Source: Minisyncoccota bacterium
GTDB taxonomy: Bacteria; Patescibacteriota; Microgenomatia; UBA1400; UBA12028
Assembly (NCBI GenBank): GCA_016211945.1
Contig: JACRHV010000004.1
Coordinates: forward strand, 263,472-327,471
Reading direction: 5' to 3'
DNA length: 64,000 bases
Under the pieces are notes generated by a model that was not told the DNA's origin, did not search any database, and worked only from the letters and a program-made list of their open reading frames with translations. Shown piece after piece: positions 26,146 to 36,534 of this stretch (position 1 is its first letter; every line of letters begins with the position of its first letter). The translations under genes and the position numbers were made by a program.

Positions 26146-26402
26146 TCCGTGAGTTCACAAAACATCCTGGAGATTATATTGCCCTATTGTCCGTCTTAGG
26201 TGGATTTGTTTTTGCATACTTTTGGTTAGAGCAAAGTCTCGTGATAAAACAAGGTTTATTTGCGGGATTGGGGTGCGCGTACTTTGCGTGGGGCCTGATG
26301 CATCACAAGCTTCATCACACACTCACGGCTCGTGTTGTGTTAGAATATTTTTTCGTCAGTCTGCTCGCAACAACACTCGTTATGCTTGTTACTGTGCGGT
26401 AG
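26142..26402 (+). CDS. small membrane protein (86 aa)
   Basis: ORF-track entry. Two or three predicted TM helices. ATGA overlap with the CAP gene. Confidence 0.35.
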   Translation: MIREFTKHPGDYIALLSVLGGFVFAYFWLEQSLVIKQGLFAGLGCAYFAWGLMHHKLHHTLTARVVLEYFFVSLLATTLVMLVTVR

Positions 26403-26417
26403 CACAAAGGGAGTTTT

Positions 26418-27137
26418 ATGAGAGGAATTATTCTCGCAGGAGGAGCAGGAACACGATTGTCACCGCTCACGAAGGTGACGAGTAAGCAACTTCTCCCTAT
26501 TTACAATAAACCGATGATTTACTTCCCATTGGAGACGTTGCTCCAGGCGGGTATTCGCGAAATTTTAGTTATTGTTGCACCGGATCATGCTGGAGATTTT
26601 GTGAAACTCCTTGGGAGTGGGAAAGAGTTTGGATGCAAAATCAGCTATGAGGTCCAAGACAAGCCCAACGGACTTGCGGAAGCGTTCATCATCGCAGAAA
26701 ACTTTTTAGACAAGGAAAATGTTGCGCTTATACTCGGTGATAATTTGTTCGAGGATGATTTCATTGAGCCAGTTCGACGATTTAAATCAGGTGCGCTGGT
26801 TTTTGCTTCACGCGTGCCCGACCCAGAGCGTTTTGGCGTCGTTGAGTTTGATCAAAATAAAAAAGTCATTTCCATTATTGAAAAACCAAAAGAGCCGAAA
26901 TCGGACTATGCCGTTACTGGACTCTATGTCTACGACAACGCCGTTGTCCAAAAGGCAAAATCATTGCAACCATCGTCACGTGGTGAACTAGAGATCACTG
27001 ACCTAAATACTCTTTATTTGAGCGAAGGAACGTTAGAGGTTGCATTTGTTCAAGGAAAATGGCTTGATACAGGAACATTTGAGGCGCTGTACCAAGCAAC
27101 AGAGTTTGTTCGAACAAAAGAACTTCAAGAAAAGTAA
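26418..27137 (+). CDS. sugar-1-phosphate nucleotidyltransferase (short RmlA/GlmU-N-like)
   Basis: MRGIILAGGAGTRLSPLT G-rich loop and ALILGDNLF motif. 239 aa. AAGGGAG SD. Confidence 0.7.
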   Translation: MRGIILAGGAGTRLSPLTKVTSKQLLPIYNKPMIYFPLETLLQAGIREILVIVAPDHAGDFVKLLGSGKEFGCKISYEVQDKPNGLAEAFIIAENFLDKENVALILGDNLFEDDFIEPVRRFKSGALVFASRVPDPERFGVVEFDQNKKVISIIEKPKEPKSDYAVTGLYVYDNAVVQKAKSLQPSSRGELEITDLNTLYLSEGTLEVAFVQGKWLDTGTFEALYQATEFVRTKELQEK

Positions 27138-27142
27138 GAGAC

Positions 27143-27949
27143 ATGAAAAAACGCTACATTATCTTTCTCATCATTCTCTTTTATAGTGCTGGATTTCTTC
27201 GTATAACACAGGCACAAACCGAACCGCCGATAGCACCGCCTCAACTCGAAATATCAAAACAGCAGTACATTCAGTCTTTGGATGTCTACAGAGAGAAAGA
27301 ACAAAAATTCCTCATTTCAAGAGAGCAGTATAATCAACTACAAACACTTGCTTCCTTAGAAGAGGTTGTTCGTACATCAAAAGATGTTCAACTTGCACGC
27401 ATGGATACACTCACAGCGTACTTTAATACATTGTTGCTATCAATCCAAAATCTCAAAGGTGCGGAAATAACGAAAAAGGCTAATCAAGGACAGTTACTTC
27501 AAACAGCTCTCGTTGAGATTGAACGACAGCGCAATACGATCCTCACAAGTAATGACAGGGTTACATTAGACAAAACTTCTGCGAATTACGACGATAAACA
27601 AGGCGCGTTTTCATCCATTGCGTATTCTTCACTCGCTTTAATAAAGATTTCAAATATTCAGTCTGCAACTGATCAGCTTGGTGTACTTACAGGAGAGGTG
27701 TACACCTCGATCCAAGAATCATCTCCTTCAGCAACAATTTTTGCGGAAAAACAACGCGGGTATGATGAGTTAGCGAGAACTATTGAAACAATAAAGATGT
27801 CGACAAAAAAAGCAACACAACAGTACGATAATATTTCTGGTAGAGATCTTTTTACACAGGGAGCATACGCCCAAATCGTGGAAACATTGGGGACTGGGTA
27901 TGCAAAATTAAAGCAAGGAGAGAGTTTCATTCAGGAGTTAGCTCAATGA
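27143..27949 (+). CDS. secreted coiled-coil protein
   Basis: Signal peptide MKKRYIIFLIILFYSAGFLRITQA. Q/L-rich heptad-like sequence throughout. Confidence 0.4.
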   Translation: MKKRYIIFLIILFYSAGFLRITQAQTEPPIAPPQLEISKQQYIQSLDVYREKEQKFLISREQYNQLQTLASLEEVVRTSKDVQLARMDTLTAYFNTLLLSIQNLKGAEITKKANQGQLLQTALVEIERQRNTILTSNDRVTLDKTSANYDDKQGAFSSIAYSSLALIKISNIQSATDQLGVLTGEVYTSIQESSPSATIFAEKQRGYDELARTIETIKMSTKKATQQYDNISGRDLFTQGAYAQIVETLGTGYAKLKQGESFIQELAQ

Positions 27950-28323
27950 ACGACAGCGAAAACCAAACACAATTTATCGAAGAACAACCGATGTTGCAGC
28001 AGGAAAAATCTGTTACTGCTATTCCTACTCCGCCAATTGACTCCCTTATTCCAGAAAAAAAACAGTTTCCGATAAAAAAAGTTTTTGTATTCGGCGGTGG
28101 AGTATGTTTGCTTCTTTTTATTCTGGTTCTCATGGTAATGGGCAAAGGGAAAAATAGTCTGAAGATTACCGAGCCATCTCCCTCACCAAAAACTACCCAA
28201 CAACTCAGTGACTTTCAAAAGTCTTTACAGCTTTTCCATACCGATGTGGAACGCGCAGACCCAACAGTGAATGATCTTCCCTATCCACCAGTGAATACCA
28301 ATCTCTATATTATTCAGCGCTAA
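27946..28323 (+). CDS. single-pass membrane protein (125 aa)
   Basis: Central TM (VFVFGGGVCLLLFILVLMVMG). ATGA coupling to the upstream ORF. Confidence 0.35.
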   Translation: MNDSENQTQFIEEQPMLQQEKSVTAIPTPPIDSLIPEKKQFPIKKVFVFGGGVCLLLFILVLMVMGKGKNSLKITEPSPSPKTTQQLSDFQKSLQLFHTDVERADPTVNDLPYPPVNTNLYIIQR

Positions 28324-29363
28324 GACTCAATTTCACCCGGAAGCAAGGGTTCTTTTTCTCGCTCAATACCGATTAATGTTGTTGTTTCTAACTTGTTTCC
28401 GAGTTGTTGTACCGCACCAGTAACATTTGCCATGCTACTATACGCGTGTGTAATGTGCTTGTTCAATGTCCCCAGTTGTTCATTCACCCTTTTGTAGTCT
28501 TGCTGTATTGCGCGAAGCATGCGAAAAACTTCTCTGCTTTTTGTCGCAATTTTCTTACCCTCATGCGAGAGTAAAATAGTTTGCAAATGCATGTATAGTG
28601 TTGTTGGAGATACGATATATACTCTCCTCGTTTTTGCGTAGTCCACCAAAGAAACATCGTTCACGATTTCATAAAATACTGATTCCGAAGGAACATACAT
28701 TAAAGCAAAGTCCATTGTTCCTTCTTCAGGTAAAATATATTTTGTTGAGATTGCATCAATGTGCTTTTTCACATCTCGCACAAAATCTTTTCTCGCAATG
28801 TCCCGATCTTTTTCCTGTTCCAATTTCATCATGCGCTGGAAATTCTCCATCGGGAACTTAGAATCTATAGGCAGAAGACCTGCATCAGTTTGAAGCGCAG
28901 CATCAACGGTATTTCCTGATCTAAACTTGTATTGAATGTGCAAACTTTGTTTTGGGAACATTTGACCAATGAGATCTTTTAAAACCTGTTCACCAATATT
29001 TCCACGTAATTTTGGTGAGCGCAGGAACTCTTGGAGATCTTTCATAGACCGTCCCACTTCGCTAAATGCACCAGCCTCACGCTTCAATTCACCAATAACT
29101 TCCGCCGCTTTTGTCAGTCGCTCATGAATTTCCTTTGTGTGTTGCTGCAATGTTGTGCTAATTCTTTGATCTGATCTGATTGCAGTATCACTGAGGGTTT
29201 GACGGAGTTCCTTTAAATCATGTTGCGTTGATTTCACCCACACCATTAACGAGGTATCTTCTTTCTTGGCCTGCATGGCATCCATCATTGATTTGAGGGA
29301 GAGGAAAAGAACACCTCCCAAGACAAGGAGTAAGACCAATAAGACGACGATCAGAGTCAACAT
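28320..29363 (-). CDS. rmuC: DNA recombination protein RmuC
   Basis: N-terminal TM, long coiled coil, C-terminal RmuC region (DFALMYVPSESVFYEIV...). Start placed at the internal Met (MLTLIVVLL...). Confidence 0.7.
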   Translation of the reverse strand: MLTLIVVLLVLLLVLGGVLFLSLKSMMDAMQAKKEDTSLMVWVKSTQHDLKELRQTLSDTAIRSDQRISTTLQQHTKEIHERLTKAAEVIGELKREAGAFSEVGRSMKDLQEFLRSPKLRGNIGEQVLKDLIGQMFPKQSLHIQYKFRSGNTVDAALQTDAGLLPIDSKFPMENFQRMMKLEQEKDRDIARKDFVRDVKKHIDAISTKYILPEEGTMDFALMYVPSESVFYEIVNDVSLVDYAKTRRVYIVSPTTLYMHLQTILLSHEGKKIATKSREVFRMLRAIQQDYKRVNEQLGTLNKHITHAYSSMANVTGAVQQLGNKLETTTLIGIEREKEPLLPGEIES

Positions 29364-29471
29364 AGAATAATAGTACCAAATATTGGACGAACATGGGGAA
29401 GAAATTCGCCTCCTTCTTTCCCTTGACGAAAAACATCCTGCCTGGTAATGTACGCGTGTCACCCAATCATT

Positions 29472-29840
29472 ATGGCTAAACGATCATCACAATCAGTTGC
29501 ACCGGAGTTAGAGCGTGAGTTATATGCGGCCTTTTTTCAAATGCTCGCTGATATGCGAAACGCGAAAGAGGTTGAGACCTTCTTGAAATATTTTCTTAGC
29601 GAATCTGAATTATCTATTTATACAAAACGATTTGCCGTCGCGGTTATGCTTGAACAGGGGAAGAGTTACGAATACATTCGGGATTCGTTGAAAGTATCGT
29701 CCGCAACAATCTCATCTATAGCGGAACACCTCCGCTCTGACGGTATTTCACTCGCACTTCATAAATTGAAAGTGGAACGATGGGCCGATGTAATGAGTGA
29801 TAAACTTATGCAAATGTTCGGTGGAAATCCAAAAAGATAA
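29472..29840 (+). CDS. TrpR-like YerC/YecD family DNA-binding protein
   Basis: ELSIYTKRFAVAVMLEQGKSYEYIRDSLKVSSATISSIA matches the YerC/YecD Trp-repressor-like helix-turn-helix. Confidence 0.55.
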   Translation: MAKRSSQSVAPELERELYAAFFQMLADMRNAKEVETFLKYFLSESELSIYTKRFAVAVMLEQGKSYEYIRDSLKVSSATISSIAEHLRSDGISLALHKLKVERWADVMSDKLMQMFGGNPKR

Positions 29841-29891
29841 AGGGTGATCGCTACCCTTTTTTTCTCAAGCAAATCAGATTACAATACACAT

Positions 29892-31313
29892 ATGAAATAC
29901 TTTATTACCGCAGCCATTCCGTATGTCAATGCCAAACCGCATATTGGCCACGCTTTGGAGTTTGTTCAAGGAGATGTTATTGCTCGATATCATCGAATAC
30001 TTGGACATGACACGCTCTATTTGTGCGGAGCAGATGAGAATGCATTGAAAATTGTTCAAGCCGCTGAGAAGGCTGGCATGGAGGTTCTTCCTTTTTGTGA
30101 TGCCAACGCAAACCTCTTCCAATCACTCATGAAAAAACTTGATGTTCAACTCGATATATTCGAACGTGCAAGTTCAGAATCGCATCACATTTCAAGTAAA
30201 AAACTTTGGGAGTTATGCGAAAAAAATGGCGACATTTACAAAAAAGCATACCAGGGGTTGTACTGTGTGGGTTGTGAAGCGTTTTACACACAAGAAGAAT
30301 TAAACGAAAATGGTGAATGTTTCGAACATCCTGGAAAGAAACTTGATGTTGTAACCGAGGAAAACTATTTTTTCCGTCTATCACGGTATAAAAACCAGAT
30401 TCTTAAGCTTATTGAGTCAGATGGGGTTCACGTTGTGTCTGAAATACGGAAAAATGAGATGATTGGTTTCCTCAACGGCGATGTTCAAGACATTAGTATT
30501 TCACGGTCAAGAGAGCGCGCAAGAAACTGGGGAGTGGAGGTTCCAAAAGATCCGTCTCAAATGATGTACGTCTGGTTTGATGCGCTCAACGTGTATCAAA
30601 GTGGAGTTGGATTCGGTACAGATGAGAAGCAATACAATACATGGTGGCCGGCAGATGCCCACCTGATTGGAAAAGGAATACTCCGATTTCACGCGGTGTA
30701 CTGGATTGCAATGCTGCTTTCTGCGGGGCTATCGCTTCCGAAAGAAATTTTTGTTCACGGATATATCACAATTGGCGGGCAAAAGATGAGTAAAACACTC
30801 GGAAATGTCATTGATCCTCTCGATCTTATTCAAACATTTGATATTGATCCATTGCGATATTATTTCTTGCGCGAGATGTCCAGTATAGACGACGCGGATT
30901 TTACCATTGAACGAATGAGTGAGGTTTATCAAGCTCATTTAGCAAACGAGCTAGGAAACCTCGTTTCACGCTTGGCGAAACTTTGCGAATCACTTCCACT
31001 TCAAATATTTGAAGTGCCCACGAGTTTTACAAAACAGGTAGCGCAGTACATCGTACAGTTTGCATTGAAAAATGGTATTGATCATATTTGGGATCGCATC
31101 GTATTAATAAACAAAACACTTACCGACACCAAACCGTGGGAAAAAGATGAAAAAGAGAAAATAACACTTCTTGCCCCACTTGTTCAGGAGCTCATTCAAG
31201 TTGGATATGATCTTCAACCATTTCTGCCAAACACCGCTGAAAAAATCATGCGACGATTCGCCGGATCACGTATCACTGCATCCGAACCGTTGTTTCCGAA
31301 ACGAACATCGTAA
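29892..31313 (+). CDS. metG: methionyl-tRNA synthetase (short form)
   Basis: HIGH motif PHIGHALEF; KMSKS motif KMSKTLGNVIDP; zinc-knuckle-like CVGCEAF...C. Confidence 0.9.
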   Translation: MKYFITAAIPYVNAKPHIGHALEFVQGDVIARYHRILGHDTLYLCGADENALKIVQAAEKAGMEVLPFCDANANLFQSLMKKLDVQLDIFERASSESHHISSKKLWELCEKNGDIYKKAYQGLYCVGCEAFYTQEELNENGECFEHPGKKLDVVTEENYFFRLSRYKNQILKLIESDGVHVVSEIRKNEMIGFLNGDVQDISISRSRERARNWGVEVPKDPSQMMYVWFDALNVYQSGVGFGTDEKQYNTWWPADAHLIGKGILRFHAVYWIAMLLSAGLSLPKEIFVHGYITIGGQKMSKTLGNVIDPLDLIQTFDIDPLRYYFLREMSSIDDADFTIERMSEVYQAHLANELGNLVSRLAKLCESLPLQIFEVPTSFTKQVAQYIVQFALKNGIDHIWDRIVLINKTLTDTKPWEKDEKEKITLLAPLVQELIQVGYDLQPFLPNTAEKIMRRFAGSRITASEPLFPKRTS

Positions 31314-31320
31314 TACATTT

Positions 31321-32109
31321 ATGATTATTGACACACATGTTCACTATAACCTTGAACCTCTTTTTCCTGACTGGAAAATACATTGGGAAGAAGCGCAAAA
31401 ACATGACATCAAAAAATCGGTGATTATTGGCACAGACGAAGAAACAAATGCACGTGCAATCGCGATCGCAGAGAGTCAAGAACACCTTTATGCCGCTCTC
31501 GGAATCCACCCCACTGAGCAATTTTCGGAATCAGAGTGTCTGTCTTCTTTCTCAAAATTAGAAAGGCAAATACGTCAATCAAAAAAAATTGTCGCGATTG
31601 GGGAGTGTGGACTCGATTTCTTTCGATTACCGGTGGACAAGAAACAAAAAGAGGAAGAGAAAAAGAGACAGTGTGAGCTTTTTCAAAAACACATAGAGCT
31701 CGCGCATCAACACAAGCTTCCCCTCGTCATTCATTGCAGAGATGCACACCAGGAGCTTATTGAAACACTTTCATCATTTGAAGTGCAGAAATTCGTTTTG
31801 CATTGCATGTCAGGAACTCTCGAATATCTTCAGCAGGCAATTGCACTAGGCGGGTATATCAGTTTTGCAGGAAATATTACATATAAAAATGGCGACCATC
31901 TTCGCGAACTTGTAAAGATAACGCCAAAAAATCGTTTACTTGTTGAAACCGATGCTCCGTATCTCCCTCCGTCGCAATGGAGAGGTCAAATAAATATTCC
32001 CAAATACATTACGGAAACCGTCAATACGCTTACTGCCATACTTGGCATCTCTGTTGATGAATGCAGAACAATCACAACACAAAATGCGGAGCACTTCTTT
32101 CACATATGA
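31321..32109 (+). CDS. tatD: TatD-family metal-dependent DNase/hydrolase
   Basis: MIIDTHVHYN N-terminus, GECGLDF, HCR/HCM histidine motifs. The stop overlaps the next ATG. Confidence 0.85.
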   Translation: MIIDTHVHYNLEPLFPDWKIHWEEAQKHDIKKSVIIGTDEETNARAIAIAESQEHLYAALGIHPTEQFSESECLSSFSKLERQIRQSKKIVAIGECGLDFFRLPVDKKQKEEEKKRQCELFQKHIELAHQHKLPLVIHCRDAHQELIETLSSFEVQKFVLHCMSGTLEYLQQAIALGGYISFAGNITYKNGDHLRELVKITPKNRLLVETDAPYLPPSQWRGQINIPKYITETVNTLTAILGISVDECRTITTQNAEHFFHI

Positions 32110-33596
32110 TAAAACGATGGGTTCGTCGACATCCGGTAAAAACACAACGATTCCTCGAGATACTTCCGGGGGCTAGTTCGTGGTTTCTCATTCTCTTCCC
32201 AGTATGGGGGTCTCTCATCATTCCAGAAATAGTGGCCTATTACATCATTGCGTTTGATGTGTACTGGCTTTATCGTTCGATTACTTTGGCCATTTTGTCT
32301 ATTGTTGCACACCTCAAGATTCAAGCCTCATCGCGATATGATTGGATGAAAGACGTAAAAAAAATATCGGATTGGGAAAAGGTTCACCACATCGTGATCA
32401 TTCCCACATATCGAGAGCCACTCTCAACATTAGAAAGAACGCTCGATACTTTGTCAAAACAAAGTTTTCCACTTTCAAGAATATCTATTATGCTTTCGTT
32501 TGAAGAACGCGAGGGAGATGAAGCAAAAGATAAAGCAAAAAAATTGCTCAACGCCTATGGAAAAACGTTTAAAAATCTCTGGACAACATTCCACCCAGAC
32601 ATAGAGGGAGAGGTAAAAGGAAAATCATCAAATACTGCATGGGGCGCAAAAATTGCGAAACAAAAACTTGTTGACGAACAACACGTTGATATGCAGTACA
32701 TCACAATCACAAGTGAGGACGCTGACGCGCTTTTTCACCCCGAATATTTTGGCGCACTGACCTATCATTTTTTACGCGCCGGACAGAAAAGATATCACAC
32801 TATTTGGCAACCAGCCATCATGTTTTATAACAACATATGGAAAGTGAGAGCCCCTGTGCGCGTTCTTGCTTCCGTCTTTTCTGTCAATCAAATGTTCATC
32901 CTCATGCGTCGAGATAGGCTTGTGAATTTTTCAACCTATTCAATTTCACTTCACCTTGTACATACCATTGGATATTGGGACACCAACGTCATTCCAGAAG
33001 ATTACCGCATGTTCTTCAAGGCATATTTCGCGATGAAAGGAAATCTCGAGGTCGCCCCACTCTTTATCCCTGTGTATGCAGACGCGGCAGAGTCCAATGG
33101 GTTCTGGTCGAGCATGCATAATCAGTACGAGCAAATTAAGCGGTGGGCTTGGGGAGTAAGTGACGATGCGTACATTATTAAACAGTGGATTCTCGCGGAA
33201 AACGTCCCGTTTTGGGATAAGACAATCCGTGTGATCAAGACGATCGAGGATCATTTCCTTTGGCCGGTGAACTGGTTTGCCATTACGTTAGGGGCAATGT
33301 TCCCACCATTATTGAACAAGGAATTTAACAGAACAATCCTTGGAAAAACATTGCCACAGGTTTCTTCTACCATTCTCACAATCTCACTTATCTCCCTTTT
33401 TATCATGTTTATCATTGATGCGCGATCGCGCCCACCTCGACCAAAAACATCACTACTCTCAAGAATACTCCAACCGCTTGAGTTTACGATGTTGCCGTTT
33501 ATAGGATTTTTCTTTTCCGCACTTCCTGGAATCGACGCACACACCAGACTCATGCTTGGGAAATATATTGAGTACAGGGTGACGGAAAAAGTGTAA
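32106..33596 (+). CDS. membrane-embedded family-2-like glycosyltransferase
   Basis: N-terminal TM helices, GT-A-like core (VIIPTYREPLSTLERTLDTLSKQ, ITSEDAD DxD-like), C-terminal TM bundle. Confidence 0.45.
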   Translation: MIKRWVRRHPVKTQRFLEILPGASSWFLILFPVWGSLIIPEIVAYYIIAFDVYWLYRSITLAILSIVAHLKIQASSRYDWMKDVKKISDWEKVHHIVIIPTYREPLSTLERTLDTLSKQSFPLSRISIMLSFEEREGDEAKDKAKKLLNAYGKTFKNLWTTFHPDIEGEVKGKSSNTAWGAKIAKQKLVDEQHVDMQYITITSEDADALFHPEYFGALTYHFLRAGQKRYHTIWQPAIMFYNNIWKVRAPVRVLASVFSVNQMFILMRRDRLVNFSTYSISLHLVHTIGYWDTNVIPEDYRMFFKAYFAMKGNLEVAPLFIPVYADAAESNGFWSSMHNQYEQIKRWAWGVSDDAYIIKQWILAENVPFWDKTIRVIKTIEDHFLWPVNWFAITLGAMFPPLLNKEFNRTILGKTLPQVSSTILTISLISLFIMFIIDARSRPPRPKTSLLSRILQPLEFTMLPFIGFFFSALPGIDAHTRLMLGKYIEYRVTEKV

Positions 33597-33605
33597 TATA
33601 CACGT

Positions 33606-35123
33606 ATGAGAAACATCGTTCATTTCATCCAAAAACACGAGGGAATCGTGTTCATCTTGATTGCAATGTTTCTCCTCCGAGTCCCCAATCTTTATGAACC
33701 ATACTGGTATGGTGATGAGGGTATCTATCTCACGCTCGGGACCGCACTTCGACACGGACTTATTCTCTATCGAGATATCATCGATCATAAGACACCGCTT
33801 ATTTATGTATTTGCGATGTTACCCTCGCAATTTTGGTTTAAGTTTTTCTTTATGGTATGGATGGCGGGAGCCACAACGCTTTTTTACGTTCTCGCCCAAC
33901 GCATATTCAAATCGAGGTGGAGGGCAATCGTAACATCCACCGTTTTTATGTTGCTTACAACATTGCCTGCGTTTGAGGGAAACATTGCGAATGGAGAGTT
34001 GTTCGTTGTGGGGTTTGTTCTCGCAGGTATGGTTATGTTCTCCAACTCATCACTTTTTATGGCATTTCTCCAAAAGAAAACGACCTATCATCATGAATAC
34101 GTTCTTATGATTTTCTCCGGCATATGTTTTTCGCTTGGCACACTTACAAAAGTACCTGCAGTATTTGACATTGCTGGGGTTGTGGCTATCTTCGGCTTTC
34201 TCATGTGTTACACATTTTCCTGGAAAAACATGAGAACATTGCTTCTTTCTGGTATCGCCCTTTGCATTGGTTTTGCCATCCCTATCTTGATAAGTGTTGC
34301 ATACTTTGCATTCCACCAAGCACTATCCGATTATGCGCAGTTCGGACTACTATATAACTTCCGCTACAGTACCTCGTTTCGCGTTCCTGTGTCGCAGGAC
34401 TGGCTCGCTTTTCTCTATACTATGCCTGGAAAGGCGCTCGTTGTTGCTTTTCTAGGTGGAACTACACTTCTTCTCAAGAAATACCTTCGTCCGGTTTTTC
34501 AATTCTCTTTTGCATGGTACGTCTTTACTCTTTTTTCATCGCTGCTTTCTTCTCGACCATATCCACACTATTTTCTTCAACTCTTCGCTCCATTCTCACT
34601 TCTTCTTGGATGCATATTGTACAAAGGCAGAGTAATAGAAAAAATTTTGTTTGGTATTGGTGTTTTTCTTTGCATATTCACCATGATTGTTCTCAACGCC
34701 GGACTATATCCAACACTTTCGTATTATCAAACATTTGGACAGTATGTAACCGGTTCTCTATCAAAAGATACATACCGGAATCAATTCAATCCATTGATGG
34801 CGGATACTTATCTTGTGGCACAGTACATTCAAACAACCACAACTTCCGATGATCGCATGTTTATTTGGGGAACAAACCCCATGCTGTATGCATTAGCCAA
34901 ACGAGTCCCGTCTGGAAGGTTCACCGTTTCATTTCACATTAAAGATTTTCAGGCGAATCCGGAAACTTTTGAGGCTATCCAAAAAACAAAGCCTCCCATT
35001 ATTGTTGTGATGAATGATGAAGACGGATCTTTTCCAGAATTTTATGCATATCTCCAACAGTATTACATTCCGGTACAGTCACACCTCACAATGAAGGTGT
35101 TTAGAAGAGTGATGCTTCCATGA
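33606..35123 (+). CDS. GT-C fold membrane glycosyltransferase (ArnT/PMT-like, GT39/GT83-type)
   Basis: First loop YEPYWYGDEGIYLTLGTALRHG carries the DE acidic motif typical of polyprenyl-phosphate-sugar-dependent GT-C enzymes. 11+ TM helices. Confidence 0.55.
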   Translation: MRNIVHFIQKHEGIVFILIAMFLLRVPNLYEPYWYGDEGIYLTLGTALRHGLILYRDIIDHKTPLIYVFAMLPSQFWFKFFFMVWMAGATTLFYVLAQRIFKSRWRAIVTSTVFMLLTTLPAFEGNIANGELFVVGFVLAGMVMFSNSSLFMAFLQKKTTYHHEYVLMIFSGICFSLGTLTKVPAVFDIAGVVAIFGFLMCYTFSWKNMRTLLLSGIALCIGFAIPILISVAYFAFHQALSDYAQFGLLYNFRYSTSFRVPVSQDWLAFLYTMPGKALVVAFLGGTTLLLKKYLRPVFQFSFAWYVFTLFSSLLSSRPYPHYFLQLFAPFSLLLGCILYKGRVIEKILFGIGVFLCIFTMIVLNAGLYPTLSYYQTFGQYVTGSLSKDTYRNQFNPLMADTYLVAQYIQTTTTSDDRMFIWGTNPMLYALAKRVPSGRFTVSFHIKDFQANPETFEAIQKTKPPIIVVMNDEDGSFPEFYAYLQQYYIPVQSHLTMKVFRRVMLP

Positions 35124-35446
35124 AATTAATACAAACTATTCATACAGTATCCTTCCTTCTCTGCATAACGTCACTTCTTGTTGCGGGATTGGGATTTTTT
35201 TTCTTTCTTCAGCCGGAAATTCCGCTGTGGTACTCACTGTATAGAGCAGAAGATCAAATGACTTCTAAAGCATTCATTTTCACTATACCTGCACTTATGT
35301 TTGGGATATACGGAACATCAAATATCTTCCGTACACTACTAAAAGATGATCATGAATCAGTCCGGCATCTCATCGCCTTTGGATCGTTCTGTTGTATTCT
35401 CATGTTCTTTATTACACTTATTCGCATCATGGTGATCGCGGGATAA
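35120..35446 (+). CDS. small polytopic membrane protein (108 aa), possibly GtrA-like
   Basis: 3-4 predicted TM helices. ATGA coupling to the upstream GT-C gene. Confidence 0.3.
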   Translation: MKLIQTIHTVSFLLCITSLLVAGLGFFFFLQPEIPLWYSLYRAEDQMTSKAFIFTIPALMFGIYGTSNIFRTLLKDDHESVRHLIAFGSFCCILMFFITLIRIMVIAG

Positions 35447-35448
35447 AT

Positions 35449-36534
35449 ATGAATAACGTCATTGTCCCTTTTATTACAAGTTTTGTTATAGCAGTTTGTA
35501 GTGCGCCACTTGTCATCAAGGCATACAAACACATGGGCTGGATCGATGATCCAAAAAAAAATGCACATCCTAAGGTTGTACATAAAAAAGCTATACCACG
35601 TGGTGGTGGTGCGGTTATTTTTATCGCTGTTCTATTTGCCAGTCTTTTTTTCCTTCGTTTTGATAAGCACGTGATTGGTATCTTGCTCTCCGCCTTCTGC
35701 ATTACGCTTCTTGGGGTTTTTGATGATGTGAAGGACCTTAGTCCATATCTGCGACTCCCTCTCCTTTTTCTTGCTGCCGCGGTTGTTGTTGGCTCAGGGG
35801 TGGGTATTGCCTATCTCAGCAATCCTTTTGGTAGTGGAGTGCTATGGCTGAATCAGCCACAACTTGTCTTTGATTTTCTCGGAAGAACGAGGCATCTCTG
35901 GATTCTCGCAGATATTTTTGGTCTCCTGTGGATTGTGTGGAACATGACTATTGTGAACTGGTCAAAAGGGTTGGATGGACAAATGCCTGGATTTGTGGGG
36001 ATCGCATCGTTTGTCATTGCGCTCCTCTCACTTCGATTTAGTGCCGATCCGGCGCAGTGGAACGTGACGCTACTCGCGCTTATTGTTTCCGGCGCTTTCT
36101 TTGGATTTTTGGTGTGGAATATCTATCCACAACGCATGATGGCAGGATACGGAGCCGGATCTTTGGCTGGATTTTTTCTTGCAGTGCTTTCTATTCTCTC
36201 TGGTGCAAAGGTTGCAACGGCACTGCTTGTCCTCGCAATTCCAACAATAGATGCATGTTATGTTATTCTCCGCCGCCTGTTTAAAGGAAAATCGCCGCTC
36301 TGGGGAGACCGAGGGCATCTTCATCACAGACTTATGGATATTGGGTGGGGGAAAAGAAGAATTGCATATTTCTACTGGATCACCACTGCCGTTCTCGGCT
36401 TCATCTCGCTCCAATTGAACAGTCAACAGAAGTTCTATACAATACTAGGTATCGCATTGCTCTTTGGAGGATTTCTCGTATGGATCACACTCTTTTTCTC
36501 ATCCTCAAAACAGCTCGTCCGAGACAATGGATAA
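35449..36534 (+). CDS. polyprenyl-phosphate sugar-1-phosphate transferase (WecA/TagO/MraY superfamily)
   Basis: HKKAIPRGGG matches the (V/I)PRxGG motif of WecA/TagO-type GPTs. 10-11 TM helices. Confidence 0.7.
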   Translation: MNNVIVPFITSFVIAVCSAPLVIKAYKHMGWIDDPKKNAHPKVVHKKAIPRGGGAVIFIAVLFASLFFLRFDKHVIGILLSAFCITLLGVFDDVKDLSPYLRLPLLFLAAAVVVGSGVGIAYLSNPFGSGVLWLNQPQLVFDFLGRTRHLWILADIFGLLWIVWNMTIVNWSKGLDGQMPGFVGIASFVIALLSLRFSADPAQWNVTLLALIVSGAFFGFLVWNIYPQRMMAGYGAGSLAGFFLAVLSILSGAKVATALLVLAIPTIDACYVILRRLFKGKSPLWGDRGHLHHRLMDIGWGKRRIAYFYWITTAVLGFISLQLNSQQKFYTILGIALLFGGFLVWITLFFSSSKQLVRDNG

